Part shown: positions 1 to 8,895 of the stretch, one piece after another
Layout of the letters: each line of letters begins with the position of its first letter
Numbering within the stretch: position 1 is the first letter of the stretch
Assembly: GCA_036338595.1 (NCBI GenBank)
Contig: JAYZBV010000016.1
Location: 1-27,598, forward strand
Direction: 5' to 3'
DNA length: 27,598 bases
From: Planctomycetota bacterium
GTDB lineage: Bacteria > Planctomycetota > UBA8108 > UBA1146
Position numbers and translations under genes: made by a program
The notes under the pieces: generated by a model
What the model was told of the DNA's origin: nothing
Seen by the model: the letters and a program-made list of their open reading frames with translations, nothing else
Databases searched by the model: none

Positions 1-844
1 CGCTGTTCTTGAACTGCTCAACATCATGGAGGGATTTCCCGTGAAGGAGTGGGGGTTCGGAAGTGCAGAGCATCTCCATCACTTCATCGAGGCCAAGAAA
101 CTTGTTTTCGAGGACAGGGCCAGAGAGTACGCCGATATGGAATTTCACGATGTTCCCGTGAAGCAACTCATCTCCAAGGCCCATGCCGACAAGTTGCGGA
201 GCATGATCGATCCTGAAAAGGCCGCAACCCGGATCGACACCGGTCGAACACAGACCGACATCGGGGATACCGTATACCTTTCTGTTGCAGATTCGGCAGG
301 AAACATGGTGTCCTTGATACAGAGCAACTATCGAGGAATCGGCAGTGGTGTCTGTCCACCCGGGCTCGGCTTCGGGCTTCAGGATCGAGGTGAGTTGTTT
401 TGCCTCGATGATGGGCACGCCAACCTCTACGCCCCGGGGAAGCGCCCCTTCCACACGATCATTCCGGGCTTTGTCACTCGCAAGGGAGAACCATGGCTTT
501 CCTTCGGAGTGATGGGCGGGGCGACTCAACCCCAGGCGCAGGCGTGGGTCTTGATGAACATCATTGATTTCGGAATGAACCTGCAGGAAGCCGGGGATGC
601 ACCCAGAGTAGTTCATGTCGGATCTTCTCAACCCACCGGATCGGTGATGACCGACGGGGGAGAAGTTGCGCTGGAATCTGGATTCGATACCCAAGTGATA
701 GAAAAACTGACTCGCCTGGGGCATACGATTGGAAGCCGCAAGGGGCTATTCGGCGGCTACCAGGCGGTGATGAAGGATTCAAAACATGGCGTCTGGGTAG
801 GTGCCAGTGAGTCCAGAAAGGACGGCCATGCAGCAGGGTATTGA
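1..844 (+). CDS. ggt: Gamma-glutamyltransferase (glutathione hydrolase) family protein, 5'-truncated by the window edge
   Basis: Frame is open from base 2 (AVLELLNIMEGF...). Contains the autoproteolysis/catalytic Thr region GDTVYLSVADSAGNMVSLIQSNY, PGKRPFHTIIP, GVMGG and the C-terminal GASESRKDGHAAGY typical of GGT small subunits. Confidence 0.93.
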   Translation, partial: AVLELLNIMEGFPVKEWGFGSAEHLHHFIEAKKLVFEDRAREYADMEFHDVPVKQLISKAHADKLRSMIDPEKAATRIDTGRTQTDIGDTVYLSVADSAGNMVSLIQSNYRGIGSGVCPPGLGFGLQDRGELFCLDDGHANLYAPGKRPFHTIIPGFVTRKGEPWLSFGVMGGATQPQAQAWVLMNIIDFGMNLQEAGDAPRVVHVGSSQPTGSVMTDGGEVALESGFDTQVIEKLTRLGHTIGSRKGLFGGYQAVMKDSKHGVWVGASESRKDGHAAGY

Positions 845-2165
845 GCGTGGTCCACTGACCTTCACCCTGGCGATGAGTTTGGTGCTGGTCACAGGCTTCA
901 TGCAGGTCACTGCAGATGAGCCCGGTTTCAAGCCAACTTCTCTCAGGATCGAGCCTTTGACCCTGAAGACGGGAAAGGGGTCTGCCCTACCCAACCTGAC
1001 TCGAAGCGAAGATGGCACGGTGTTGATTACATGGGTAGAGCCCATCCCCGACGGGAAAGGTGTTCGCCTGCGTCTTTCAACTCTTTCAGAAGCGGGCTGG
1101 AGCGAGCCGGTGACTGCGGCCCAGGGTACCGGTTGGTTTGTCAACTGGGCGGACTTTCCATCTGCAGCAGTTCTTGCAGACGGGACGATTGCGGTCCACT
1201 GGCTCGGAAGGATCTCGGAAGAGACGTACGCCTATGGTGTGAACGTCAGTATTTCACGGGACCAGGGGAAGAGTTGGAGTGCACCCATCATTCCTCATCG
1301 AGATTCCTCTCCAACGGAACATGGTTTTGTAGCATTACGCTCGATGGGAGATCGTTTCTACCTGGCCTGGCTCGATGGCCGCGCCATGGTGGGTGGCTCT
1401 GGAAAGCCGATGACACTGCGTTCGACCACCATCTCTGCAGATGGAACACGCGGGATAGATCGTCTACTGGATGATCGTGTTTGCGACTGCTGTCCGCTCG
1501 ATGCGGTTGTGCAGGGTGAACAGATCACGCTCGTGTATCGGGATCGCGATCACCTGGATGTCAGAGACATCTCCTGGATGAAGCTCAGCACTGAAGACAT
1601 CACTGACACCGGTCTGGTGCATGAGGACGGTTGGGTTCAGGAGGGATGCCCGGTCAATGGACCCTCCATCGCAATCTCCGGGCAGGATCGTGCAGTCTCC
1701 TGGTTCACGGGAGTCGATCGGGTACTCGGTAAACCAGCTCCCGAAGGTGCAGTTCTGGTGAAATCACTGAACAGTTCCGATGAGAATTCGATTCCGATCC
1801 GCATCGATGATGGACGCCCGATAGGGCGCGTCGATCTGACAGGGCTGGGGGATGGTACCTTCCTGGTCTGCTGGCTCGAGCGAAAGGGAGAGGGCGCAGA
1901 GGTGAGGGTTCGCCGCTGGCGCGGGATGCCCACAGCCGCCAGCGAGGATCCCTCTCGGAATCGAATCTGGTCATCCCATCCGGTCGGCAAGACCTCTCCT
2001 GGACGAAGGAGCGGCTATCCAAGGATCATCTCATCGGGATCTGGAACTGCAGTGGTGGCCTGGACGGAAACCGGTGTTGAGGGGGGTACTGCCGTCAGAA
2101 CCGTTCGTCTCCCTGCTGCGAAGGAGAAGGACTCCGCATCCGAGTCATCGGGGAACAGGCCGTGA
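828..2165 (+). CDS. Secreted BNR/Asp-box sialidase-like beta-propeller protein, function unknown
   Basis: Likely ATG at 828 after GAAAGGA, overlapping the ggt stop (track start is 801). Hydrophobic N-terminal signal-like segment, Asp-box SRDQGKSW, and motifs WFVNWADFPS, EHGFV, WLDGR, CDCC, YRDR and GCPVNGP. Confidence 0.7.
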   Translation: MQQGIERGPLTFTLAMSLVLVTGFMQVTADEPGFKPTSLRIEPLTLKTGKGSALPNLTRSEDGTVLITWVEPIPDGKGVRLRLSTLSEAGWSEPVTAAQGTGWFVNWADFPSAAVLADGTIAVHWLGRISEETYAYGVNVSISRDQGKSWSAPIIPHRDSSPTEHGFVALRSMGDRFYLAWLDGRAMVGGSGKPMTLRSTTISADGTRGIDRLLDDRVCDCCPLDAVVQGEQITLVYRDRDHLDVRDISWMKLSTEDITDTGLVHEDGWVQEGCPVNGPSIAISGQDRAVSWFTGVDRVLGKPAPEGAVLVKSLNSSDENSIPIRIDDGRPIGRVDLTGLGDGTFLVCWLERKGEGAEVRVRRWRGMPTAASEDPSRNRIWSSHPVGKTSPGRRSGYPRIISSGSGTAVVAWTETGVEGGTAVRTVRLPAAKEKDSASESSGNRP

Positions 2166-2283
2166 TCGGTTCGTGGCGACGCTGGAAGAACAGGTGGGCT
2201 TGAGAGAAGTTGTCAGGTCGGTAGCCTGGAAGCGAACAGATCTTCCGGATCAGCGATCCGCGGTTTGAAGAGAGGCCTCTAGA

Positions 2284-3267
2284 ATGTCATCGAACAAGAT
2301 TTCAGTAACGCCTGAGGATCAGTACCTCGACCGCCGGAGTATTCTTCGAGGCATGGGACTGGGACTGGCAGGCCTCTCGACTCTTGGCTTCTCGGAGATG
2401 GTGCAAGGCCTCTCGGCATCCTGGAATCTTCAAGAAGCCAACCCGGAGGCGATAAGGCCCGCCATTGGTGAGAAGTTCAAGGATCTGTTCCCTGCAAAAC
2501 GAAGCCCCGATTTTACGATTGATCCACGAACTCTGACCCCGGAAAGCGTTTCATCGATCTACAACAACTTCTACGAGTTCACGTCAGTGAAGAATCGCGT
2601 CTGGAGGATGGCGCGCAACTTCGATGTAGTTCCGTGGAAAATAGAAGTCGCAGGAGATGTAGAAAAGCCACTGACCCTCGATCTCGATGATCTGATGAAA
2701 GTGGCTCCACTGGAAGAGCGACTGTACAGGTTTCGCTGCGTTGAGACCTGGGCGATGCAGGTCCCCTGGGTTGGATACCCACTCAGCAAGTTGATCGATC
2801 GTTGCAAACCGCTCGGTAAGGCGAAGTACATACGCTTCATTTCCATCCTCGATGAGGCACGCCTCCCAGGCCAGAAGGACAAGCAGTGGCCATGGCCATA
2901 CTTCGAAGCCCTGAGGCTGGACGAAGCGAGGCATCCTCTGGCGATGGCAGTTGTGGGCCTCTACGGCCATGGGCTGCCGATGCAGCACGGTGCTCCATGG
3001 CGCGTGGTGGTGCCCTGGAAGTATGGCTACAAGTCTCCAAAATCGATCGTCCGGATCGAATTTACCGAGGAGAAGCCGGCCACCTTCTGGAATCAGGCGT
3101 TACCGCGAGAATATGGATTTTACTCGAATGTGAATCCTTCCAAACCGCACCCGAGATGGAGCCAGGCAATGGAACGGGACATCGGAACGGGTAAGCGTAG
3201 ACCAACGCTTCTGTACAACGGCTATTCTGAACAGGTCGCGAAGCTCTCCACCGGTAAAGAGGATTGA
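2284..3267 (+). CDS. msrP: Protein-methionine-sulfoxide reductase catalytic subunit MsrP (YedY), molybdoenzyme
   Basis: Twin-arginine signal DRRSIL; YNNFYEF; Mo-ligand Cys in YRFRCVETW; GAPWRVVVPWKYGYKSPKSIV; EYGFYSNVNP...HPRWSQ. Confidence 0.95.
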   Translation: MSSNKISVTPEDQYLDRRSILRGMGLGLAGLSTLGFSEMVQGLSASWNLQEANPEAIRPAIGEKFKDLFPAKRSPDFTIDPRTLTPESVSSIYNNFYEFTSVKNRVWRMARNFDVVPWKIEVAGDVEKPLTLDLDDLMKVAPLEERLYRFRCVETWAMQVPWVGYPLSKLIDRCKPLGKAKYIRFISILDEARLPGQKDKQWPWPYFEALRLDEARHPLAMAVVGLYGHGLPMQHGAPWRVVVPWKYGYKSPKSIVRIEFTEEKPATFWNQALPREYGFYSNVNPSKPHPRWSQAMERDIGTGKRRPTLLYNGYSEQVAKLSTGKED

Positions 3268-3289
3268 CCAGCGCGCTGACTTGAACTGA

Positions 3290-4123
3290 TCAGACCGGCC
3301 ACAACTCAGCGACAAGGTCGGCAATGGCATCCGTATCATTGTTTCCGATGATCCGGTCAGCGACTTGCTTGAGTTCGATCATGGCGTTCCCCATCGCAAT
3401 TCCAAGACCTGCTTCTACTACCATGGGGCTGTCATTGGTCGCATCCCCGATCGCCACGCATCTTTCCGCCGGGATCTGGTGATGTTCCTGTAGAAACCGG
3501 AGCGCCTCCTTTTTTCCTTCACAGCTGGGCTGGACATCGACAACCTGCAGCGGACTGTCTTCGTGTGAAGGCAACAGGTTCAGAGGAAACCAGGTGTAGT
3601 AAGCATCGGAAGAAGAGACAGCACGGATTTCATCGGCAAATTCCTGTGAATCCTGATGGCGATCAGAAAAGAGGGAGAGGCGAATCGGTCGTTCGATCCT
3701 CATCTGAGAAGGCGAAACGATTTCGACATTCTTCATATCGTGAAGTGCGTATTCAACAGCTTCGGTTCTGGGAGATAACGCCCGCTTCGACCCCGCGCAC
3801 ATGACGACCGGTAGCAGTTCATTCTGCTCGGCGTATTGCAGCAGATGATCGAGTAGTGGTTTCTCGAGGTTGCGTTCCTCGATCAGGCAGCGTTTTCTGG
3901 GGCACCAGACGGCAGCTCCGTTGTAGATCACCGTTGGATTGAGAATTCCAAGATCATCGATGACAGGAGACGCAGACTGTTCAGAACGACCCGTAGCCAC
4001 CATCACATGAACACCTGAAGAGGAGATTCTACGCAGTTCTGAAAGGACTCCGGGGCGGATGCCACCACCGTCCTCGATCAAGGTGCCGTCAAGATCCAGG
4101 ATGATCGCATCGAATCGGCGCAT
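3290..4123 (-). CDS. Cof-type HAD superfamily (IIB) hydrolase/phosphatase
   Basis: Motif I LDLDGTL, motif II ATGR, YNGA, motif III Lys (GKKEAL), motif IV GDATND, AMGNA. GAGGAG ribosome-binding site upstream on the minus strand. Confidence 0.9.
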   Translation of the reverse strand: MRRFDAIILDLDGTLIEDGGGIRPGVLSELRRISSSGVHVMVATGRSEQSASPVIDDLGILNPTVIYNGAAVWCPRKRCLIEERNLEKPLLDHLLQYAEQNELLPVVMCAGSKRALSPRTEAVEYALHDMKNVEIVSPSQMRIERPIRLSLFSDRHQDSQEFADEIRAVSSSDAYYTWFPLNLLPSHEDSPLQVVDVQPSCEGKKEALRFLQEHHQIPAERCVAIGDATNDSPMVVEAGLGIAMGNAMIELKQVADRIIGNNDTDAIADLVAELWPV

Positions 4124-4287
4124 CGGTTCTCCTCGTTGATACTTCAGGCAAGATGGTGCGGTCGCTTCCTCGTCTTGGCAAGCGATCGGCGGAAATGGTT
4201 CCGGTAGAGGATGACAGTGATTACAATCATGCCAATATACAGACGGGCCATCCCATCGCAGTGCAGCGATCAGCAGGAGAGGACAGG

Positions 4288-4533
4288 ATGACTAGCCATG
4301 CCGAGGGAGGACTCAAGGTCACAGCCGTGTCCCTGGGAAAAGGTGAGGTTGCATGGAAGGTCGATTTTCCACCGATCTGTCGCCGTGATCCGAGACTCAA
4401 GAAAGAGTGGAAGTCTCTGGAGGAGGCACTGGGGGAACTCAAGAGGGTATCCAGGAGAGATGCGGTGGACGCGACGACTGCCGATCTGGCTGATGAGCGC
4501 TGCCCCGATATTAGCTGGGCTTCTGACAGTTAG
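4288..4533 (+). CDS. Small hypothetical protein (81 aa)
   Basis: ATG at 4288 follows AGGAGAGG (4275-4282). Fills the gap between two minus-strand genes, and its stop overlaps the DUF2203 stop. No recognisable family. Confidence 0.55.
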   Translation: MTSHAEGGLKVTAVSLGKGEVAWKVDFPPICRRDPRLKKEWKSLEEALGELKRVSRRDAVDATTADLADERCPDISWASDS

Positions 4534-4892
4534 TAGATCGAACCATTTCCAGGCAGGATATGCGTGTGCGATATGCCCTCGAAGGGCTCCCGATAATTCT
4601 TGATATGTCGCTCACCAGGTCGCCAGCACAAGAGCACACTTCTGTCAGCAATCTTCGATGGAAAATCCACCTGACCACGATCCATGCCGATGCTTTGCCA
4701 TTCGCAGCCGAGGCTGTTGAGTTGCTTGATGTGATCTTGCCTGAGACTCTCGATCTTGCCTCGCTTGGGAGAATCGGGACCAATATCTGCGAGGCCCTCG
4801 AGCCGACGCCCCTCCTCGACAATTCGGGAAGCGATCTTACGAACCAGGGGAAGAGTTTGGTTAGCCTCCTCCAGAGTGAATAGTTTTCTCAT
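4530..4892 (-). CDS. DUF2203-family protein
   Basis: N-terminal FTLEEANQTLPLV and C-terminal GQVDFPS...LLCWRPGE..I match the DUF2203 pattern as I recall it. AAGGGAGG ribosome-binding site upstream. Confidence 0.8.
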   Translation of the reverse strand: MRKLFTLEEANQTLPLVRKIASRIVEEGRRLEGLADIGPDSPKRGKIESLRQDHIKQLNSLGCEWQSIGMDRGQVDFPSKIADRSVLLCWRPGERHIKNYREPFEGISHTHILPGNGSIY

Positions 4893-5235
4893 TTTCCCTC
4901 CCTTGGATCCTGAACGGATCTTGCCCCTCGCTGCCTGGTAGGCGCGCCATCATCCGGATCTCTGGGGAGGTTAAGCAGGTGAAATCATCGCGCCGTATGT
5001 CGCGTTGATTCCCGGACTAGACGGGCAGTGTCACCTTCTCAGGGGCCACGATCAAGGTGCTGGCTCGATGGGAATAACACCGGAATCGCCGTAATTCATG
5101 CTTTCTGGCCCACTGGAATTATCCTGCGGCTTTGGTGTGACCAGACTTGTGCCGATGGTAGCCTGATATCTTCCTGAAACTTCGGGCTCAGAGTGGCTCA
5201 CAGCTATCCCATAGCGAGAGATGAGAAGGAGAGGC

Positions 5236-6795
5236 ATGGCAATCTTGGAGAGTTTCAAGATCGAACCGAAGGAAACAATTTTCCGACCCAGCGCAGAATT
5301 GTTGAGAGATCTCAGTTCGCAGATGTCAAATGCGAATGTGACCAGTTTCGACAATCTGAATGTTCAGACTCGCGTCGATTCTCGATCCAAAAAGTCGACC
5401 TACATCATCGATGATGACCCTTCTCGACACAGCGATCAGTGCATTTCACGCAAGGAGGGTGAACGGATCGCTGCAATGCAGGACGAGTTCATTCGATCAG
5501 CAGAGATGGTATGTGTCGATGGCTACATCGGAAATGATCCCGAGCACAGAACTTCAGCTCGCCTGTGGATGGAGAAGGCTTTCGCCAACATCGCCGCGAT
5601 GCAACATCTTCTCTATTACCCACTGGACGGCAACGAAAGTGAACAGTGGGAGCCGGAGTTGACCGTGGTGTACACGCCAAGTGTCGTCGCCGAGGGCTAT
5701 CCAGATGAACGCTGCATTACAGTGGATCTTGAAGCAGGGGTCACGAGGGTGATGAATTCCGATTACTTCGGAGAATCAAAAAAGGGCGGACTCCGGATGT
5801 GGAACGCTCTCGTCTACAATAAGGGAGGACTGGCACTCCACGCAGGCTGCAAGGTGATACCTGTCGGAGATGAACAGAAGACGGCCTTGATCGTCGGGCT
5901 GAGCGGAACTGGCAAGACCACAACGACTTTCACTCGCCAAAATGGATCCGGCCCCGTCCAGGATGATTTTGTTGCCATGATGGATGACGGGACGATTCAG
6001 GCGACCGAGAATGGCTGTTTTGCCAAGACCTTTGGCCTTTCAGTTGAAGATGAGCCCACCATTCATGCTGCGGTCTGCATGCAGGTTTCCTACCTGGAAA
6101 ATGTTGCACAGGGCAATGAGGGCAGCGTCGACTTCTTTGATGAGTCTTACACTCAGAATGGCCGAGCTGTGATCCGCATGGAGGATATCTCGGGTGCCAT
6201 AGATGCCAGAGAAGTTCCCAGTGCTGATTTCCTGCTGATCTTGAATCGCAATGAGAACATCATTCCAGGTGTCTGCAGACTCGATTCTAAACAGGCTGCA
6301 GCGTACTTCATGCTCGGAGAAACACAGGGCACGAGCGCTGGAGGCAAGGATGAGGCAGGCAAGTTCTTGAGAGTACCTGGAACAAACCCCTTCTTCCCGT
6401 TGCTCCATTCTCAACAAGGGAATCGCTTCCTCGAGTTGCTGACTGCGCACCCGATGGAAGTCTTTCTTCTCAACACAGGAAGAGTCGGAGGCCCCGACGG
6501 CGACGATCGATCGAAAAAGGTTCGAATCGCTCATTCCAGTGCCATCGTGAAGGGGATTGCTGAAGCCACGATCAACTGGGAGACCGATCCTGATTTTGGC
6601 TATCAGGTGGCGACTTCGGTCCCTGGAATCGATGAGGCTGACATGGGAATTCTCCAACCAAGAATCCTGTATAGCAATCAAGAACGAGATGATGAGTACA
6701 GAGTTCATGTCGATCGAATCCGTGAAGAGCGTGTCGAGTACTTGAACTCTTTTGCAGGTCTTGACCCGGAAATCGTCAACGCGCTTGGCGGATAA
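5236..6795 (+). CDS. pckA: Phosphoenolpyruvate carboxykinase (ATP), divergent type
   Basis: YFGESKKG, HAGCK, P-loop GLSGTGKTT, QDD, ENGCFAKT, ENV, TQNGR and LLNTG align with PEPCK-ATP motifs. Start 5236 chosen from the AAGGAG site; 5221 is an alternative. Confidence 0.88.
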   Translation: MAILESFKIEPKETIFRPSAELLRDLSSQMSNANVTSFDNLNVQTRVDSRSKKSTYIIDDDPSRHSDQCISRKEGERIAAMQDEFIRSAEMVCVDGYIGNDPEHRTSARLWMEKAFANIAAMQHLLYYPLDGNESEQWEPELTVVYTPSVVAEGYPDERCITVDLEAGVTRVMNSDYFGESKKGGLRMWNALVYNKGGLALHAGCKVIPVGDEQKTALIVGLSGTGKTTTTFTRQNGSGPVQDDFVAMMDDGTIQATENGCFAKTFGLSVEDEPTIHAAVCMQVSYLENVAQGNEGSVDFFDESYTQNGRAVIRMEDISGAIDAREVPSADFLLILNRNENIIPGVCRLDSKQAAAYFMLGETQGTSAGGKDEAGKFLRVPGTNPFFPLLHSQQGNRFLELLTAHPMEVFLLNTGRVGGPDGDDRSKKVRIAHSSAIVKGIAEATINWETDPDFGYQVATSVPGIDEADMGILQPRILYSNQERDDEYRVHVDRIREERVEYLNSFAGLDPEIVNALGG

Positions 6796-6811
6796 CCGCA
6801 AGGGGTAAACA

Positions 6812-7612
6812 TTGGAGATCGTTACCAACAGCGTTGCGATCATTCTGACCGTCCTCTACGGAGTTCTTCTATCTGGAGAATTCCGGGCATTGAAGGAGCG
6901 GCAGGACCCTTCAGTGCTCGCCGCCAGGTTGATCTGGGTGACGGTTGCGATTCACCTCATTGCCCTGGTCGTTCGTGGCATCGAGGTCGGGTCGTGCCCG
7001 GTTGCGAGTCGGTGGGAGACCCTCTCACTGCTGGCGCTATTGATCGTCACCATGCACCTGGTACTCGCCGGGGTATCTCGTGATAGATCCACCCTCATCT
7101 TCGGAATTGCAGTGACCTTCCTCCTTCAACTGGGCAGTGCAAGCTTCTCGCTGGGAGAGTCGATCACGGATCCGCAGGAGATCGACTCGATCAGTTCACT
7201 TCATGCTTTCACGGCCTGGATTGGAGTCGCAGGGGTCTCCACGGCGGGTATTCACGGTGTTCTGTGGCTACTGCTGAAGCGGTCGATCAAGACTGGACAG
7301 TTTGGATTTCTCTTCCATGGACTCTCCTCCCTGGAATCGCTCTCTCGATTGATGCGGTTGGCAACAGTGATAGCAACACTTTCGCTGGTCGTCACGATGG
7401 TCAGCGCAGTGTTCCTCGGGGAAGTACTCACCTGGTCAACCGGTCCGGTGACGTTGATTTCACTGGCGCTGGCAGTGCTGTTCGGGGTTCTGGCTCTGGT
7501 GCCCCGATCGACGGGTACGGTGACGGCCTGGAGAGCATGGTTTTCCGTCACAGGCCTTGGAGGCGTTGTATTCATCATCGTCTGGATTATCAGATTTGGA
7601 CCCCACACCTGA
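6812..7612 (+). CDS. CcsA/HemX-like membrane protein (cytochrome c assembly family)
   Basis: TTG start after AGGGG. About 8 hydrophobic segments, PVASRWETL, His in SLHAFTA, and LSSLESL resembling the LPSLExLD motif. TGATG stop/start overlap with hemA. Confidence 0.72.
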   Translation: MEIVTNSVAIILTVLYGVLLSGEFRALKERQDPSVLAARLIWVTVAIHLIALVVRGIEVGSCPVASRWETLSLLALLIVTMHLVLAGVSRDRSTLIFGIAVTFLLQLGSASFSLGESITDPQEIDSISSLHAFTAWIGVAGVSTAGIHGVLWLLLKRSIKTGQFGFLFHGLSSLESLSRLMRLATVIATLSLVVTMVSAVFLGEVLTWSTGPVTLISLALAVLFGVLALVPRSTGTVTAWRAWFSVTGLGGVVFIIVWIIRFGPHT

Positions 7613-8895
7613 TGAAGTTATCTAGCCTTACACTGAGCCATTCGGCATTCCCCATCGAGGTCCGCGAGAAGATGTCCTTTTCCGATGATCAGGCGATCCT
7701 ATTTCTGGAAGAGATATCCAGCAGATTCGAGATCGATAATGCGCTGATCATTTCTACATGCAACAGGACTGAACTTTTCATAGCTGTCGAAAGCGAACGC
7801 AGAGGCGAGTCGATTCTTGTCGACACTCTGCAGCAGTGGGCACTGGAACGGAACTTCACGATTCCGGCCAGCTCCACTCGACTGATCATGGGCCATTCCG
7901 ATACGATCGATCGCCTACTCAGGGTGGCATCCGGGCTTGATAGCCAGTTGCTGGGAGAGAGCGAAGTACTGGGGCAGGTTCGGTCAGCCATCGAACTGTC
8001 AAAACAAGCAGGAGTAGATGGTCGGATCATCCGGAAACTCTGGGAGAAGGCTCTTCGCTGCGGAAAGCGAGTCCGCTCCGAGACTGCTCTGGGAGATGGC
8101 GCACTCTCGGTGGCATACGGAGCCCTGCAAGTGGCTCGCAAGATTCATGGAGATCTCTCTGGACTGAATTTTTGCGTTATTGGCGCAGGTGCGGTTTCTG
8201 AACTTGTTCTGAAGCACCTGCAGGATATCAAGGATGCGAAGATCACGATCCTCAACAGGAGTCATGAACACGCTGAGTTTCTTGCTGAAGTCTACGGAGC
8301 CACGCTGGGTGACATGGGTGCGATTGGAAAGCACATCTGCGATGCTGAAGTGGTGATCAGTTCAACCGGATCCCAGCAACCCATCATCGATGCAGATCTG
8401 GTCAGGTCCTCGCTGGAAGGTCGAGCCAGGGCACTGTTGCTTGTGGACCTTGGAGTCCCGAGAGACATCGATCCCGAGGCAAGTAGTCTCCACCAGGTTT
8501 TCCTCTACAACATCGACGACCTCGCCAGGATGATCGAGATTCACCTGGATTCAAGAAGAGCAGCGATTCCAGATGCTGAGGAGATTGTTCAACATGAGTG
8601 TAGACAATTTGAAATGTGGATCGGCAATCTGCAGTTAGGACCAGCGATCCGGTCGCTCCGAAAAGCACTGGAAGATGCGAGCCAGAAAGAACTGGATCTG
8701 TTGCGCGATGAGCTGGATGTCGAGGTGCACGAGCATCTCTCGAAATTGATGCGGAAATTGTTGAAAAAGGTTCTGCACGGGCCGACAGAGGAGCTGCGGA
8801 CATCCGGAACCCAGCTCAGTGATGCACTCCTGACCCGCCTCGAGTCGCTATTTCAAGGCGATGATTCCGAGGGACAGAAGAAAGAAGTCGAGTGA
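7612..8895 (+). CDS. hemA: Glutamyl-tRNA reductase
   Basis: Catalytic STCNRTE, VASGLDSQLLGESEVLGQV, GKRVRSET, NADPH-binding IGAGAV, DLGVPRDIDP, LYNIDDL. The real start is ATG 7612; the track's upstream extension from 7264 overlaps the previous gene. Confidence 0.96.
   Translation: MKLSSLTLSHSAFPIEVREKMSFSDDQAILFLEEISSRFEIDNALIISTCNRTELFIAVESERRGESILVDTLQQWALERNFTIPASSTRLIMGHSDTIDRLLRVASGLDSQLLGESEVLGQVRSAIELSKQAGVDGRIIRKLWEKALRCGKRVRSETALGDGALSVAYGALQVARKIHGDLSGLNFCVIGAGAVSELVLKHLQDIKDAKITILNRSHEHAEFLAEVYGATLGDMGAIGKHICDAEVVISSTGSQQPIIDADLVRSSLEGRARALLLVDLGVPRDIDPEASSLHQVFLYNIDDLARMIEIHLDSRRAAIPDAEEIVQHECRQFEMWIGNLQLGPAIRSLRKALEDASQKELDLLRDELDVEVHEHLSKLMRKLLKKVLHGPTEELRTSGTQLSDALLTRLESLFQGDDSEGQKKEVE

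Noticed and set aside
2200..2283. GTCAGGTC...GGAAGC segment reminiscent of SRP RNA, plus the AGAGGCCTCT palindrome before msrP
   Set aside because: It lacks the SRP domain IV GNRA-capped stem and the long enclosing helix. The 10-bp palindrome alone is within chance expectation.
4930..5000. Minus-strand segment loosely resembling a fluoride riboswitch (GATGA...TAACC...GATG...CCTAC)
   Set aside because: The P1 stem and pseudoknot pairings cannot be formed convincingly, and no crcB/eriC-type gene lies downstream.
7264..7611. 116-aa N-terminal extension of HemA in the ORF track (543 aa)
   Set aside because: It overlaps the CcsA/HemX-like gene in another frame. HemA similarity begins at ATG 7612 within a TGATG overlap.
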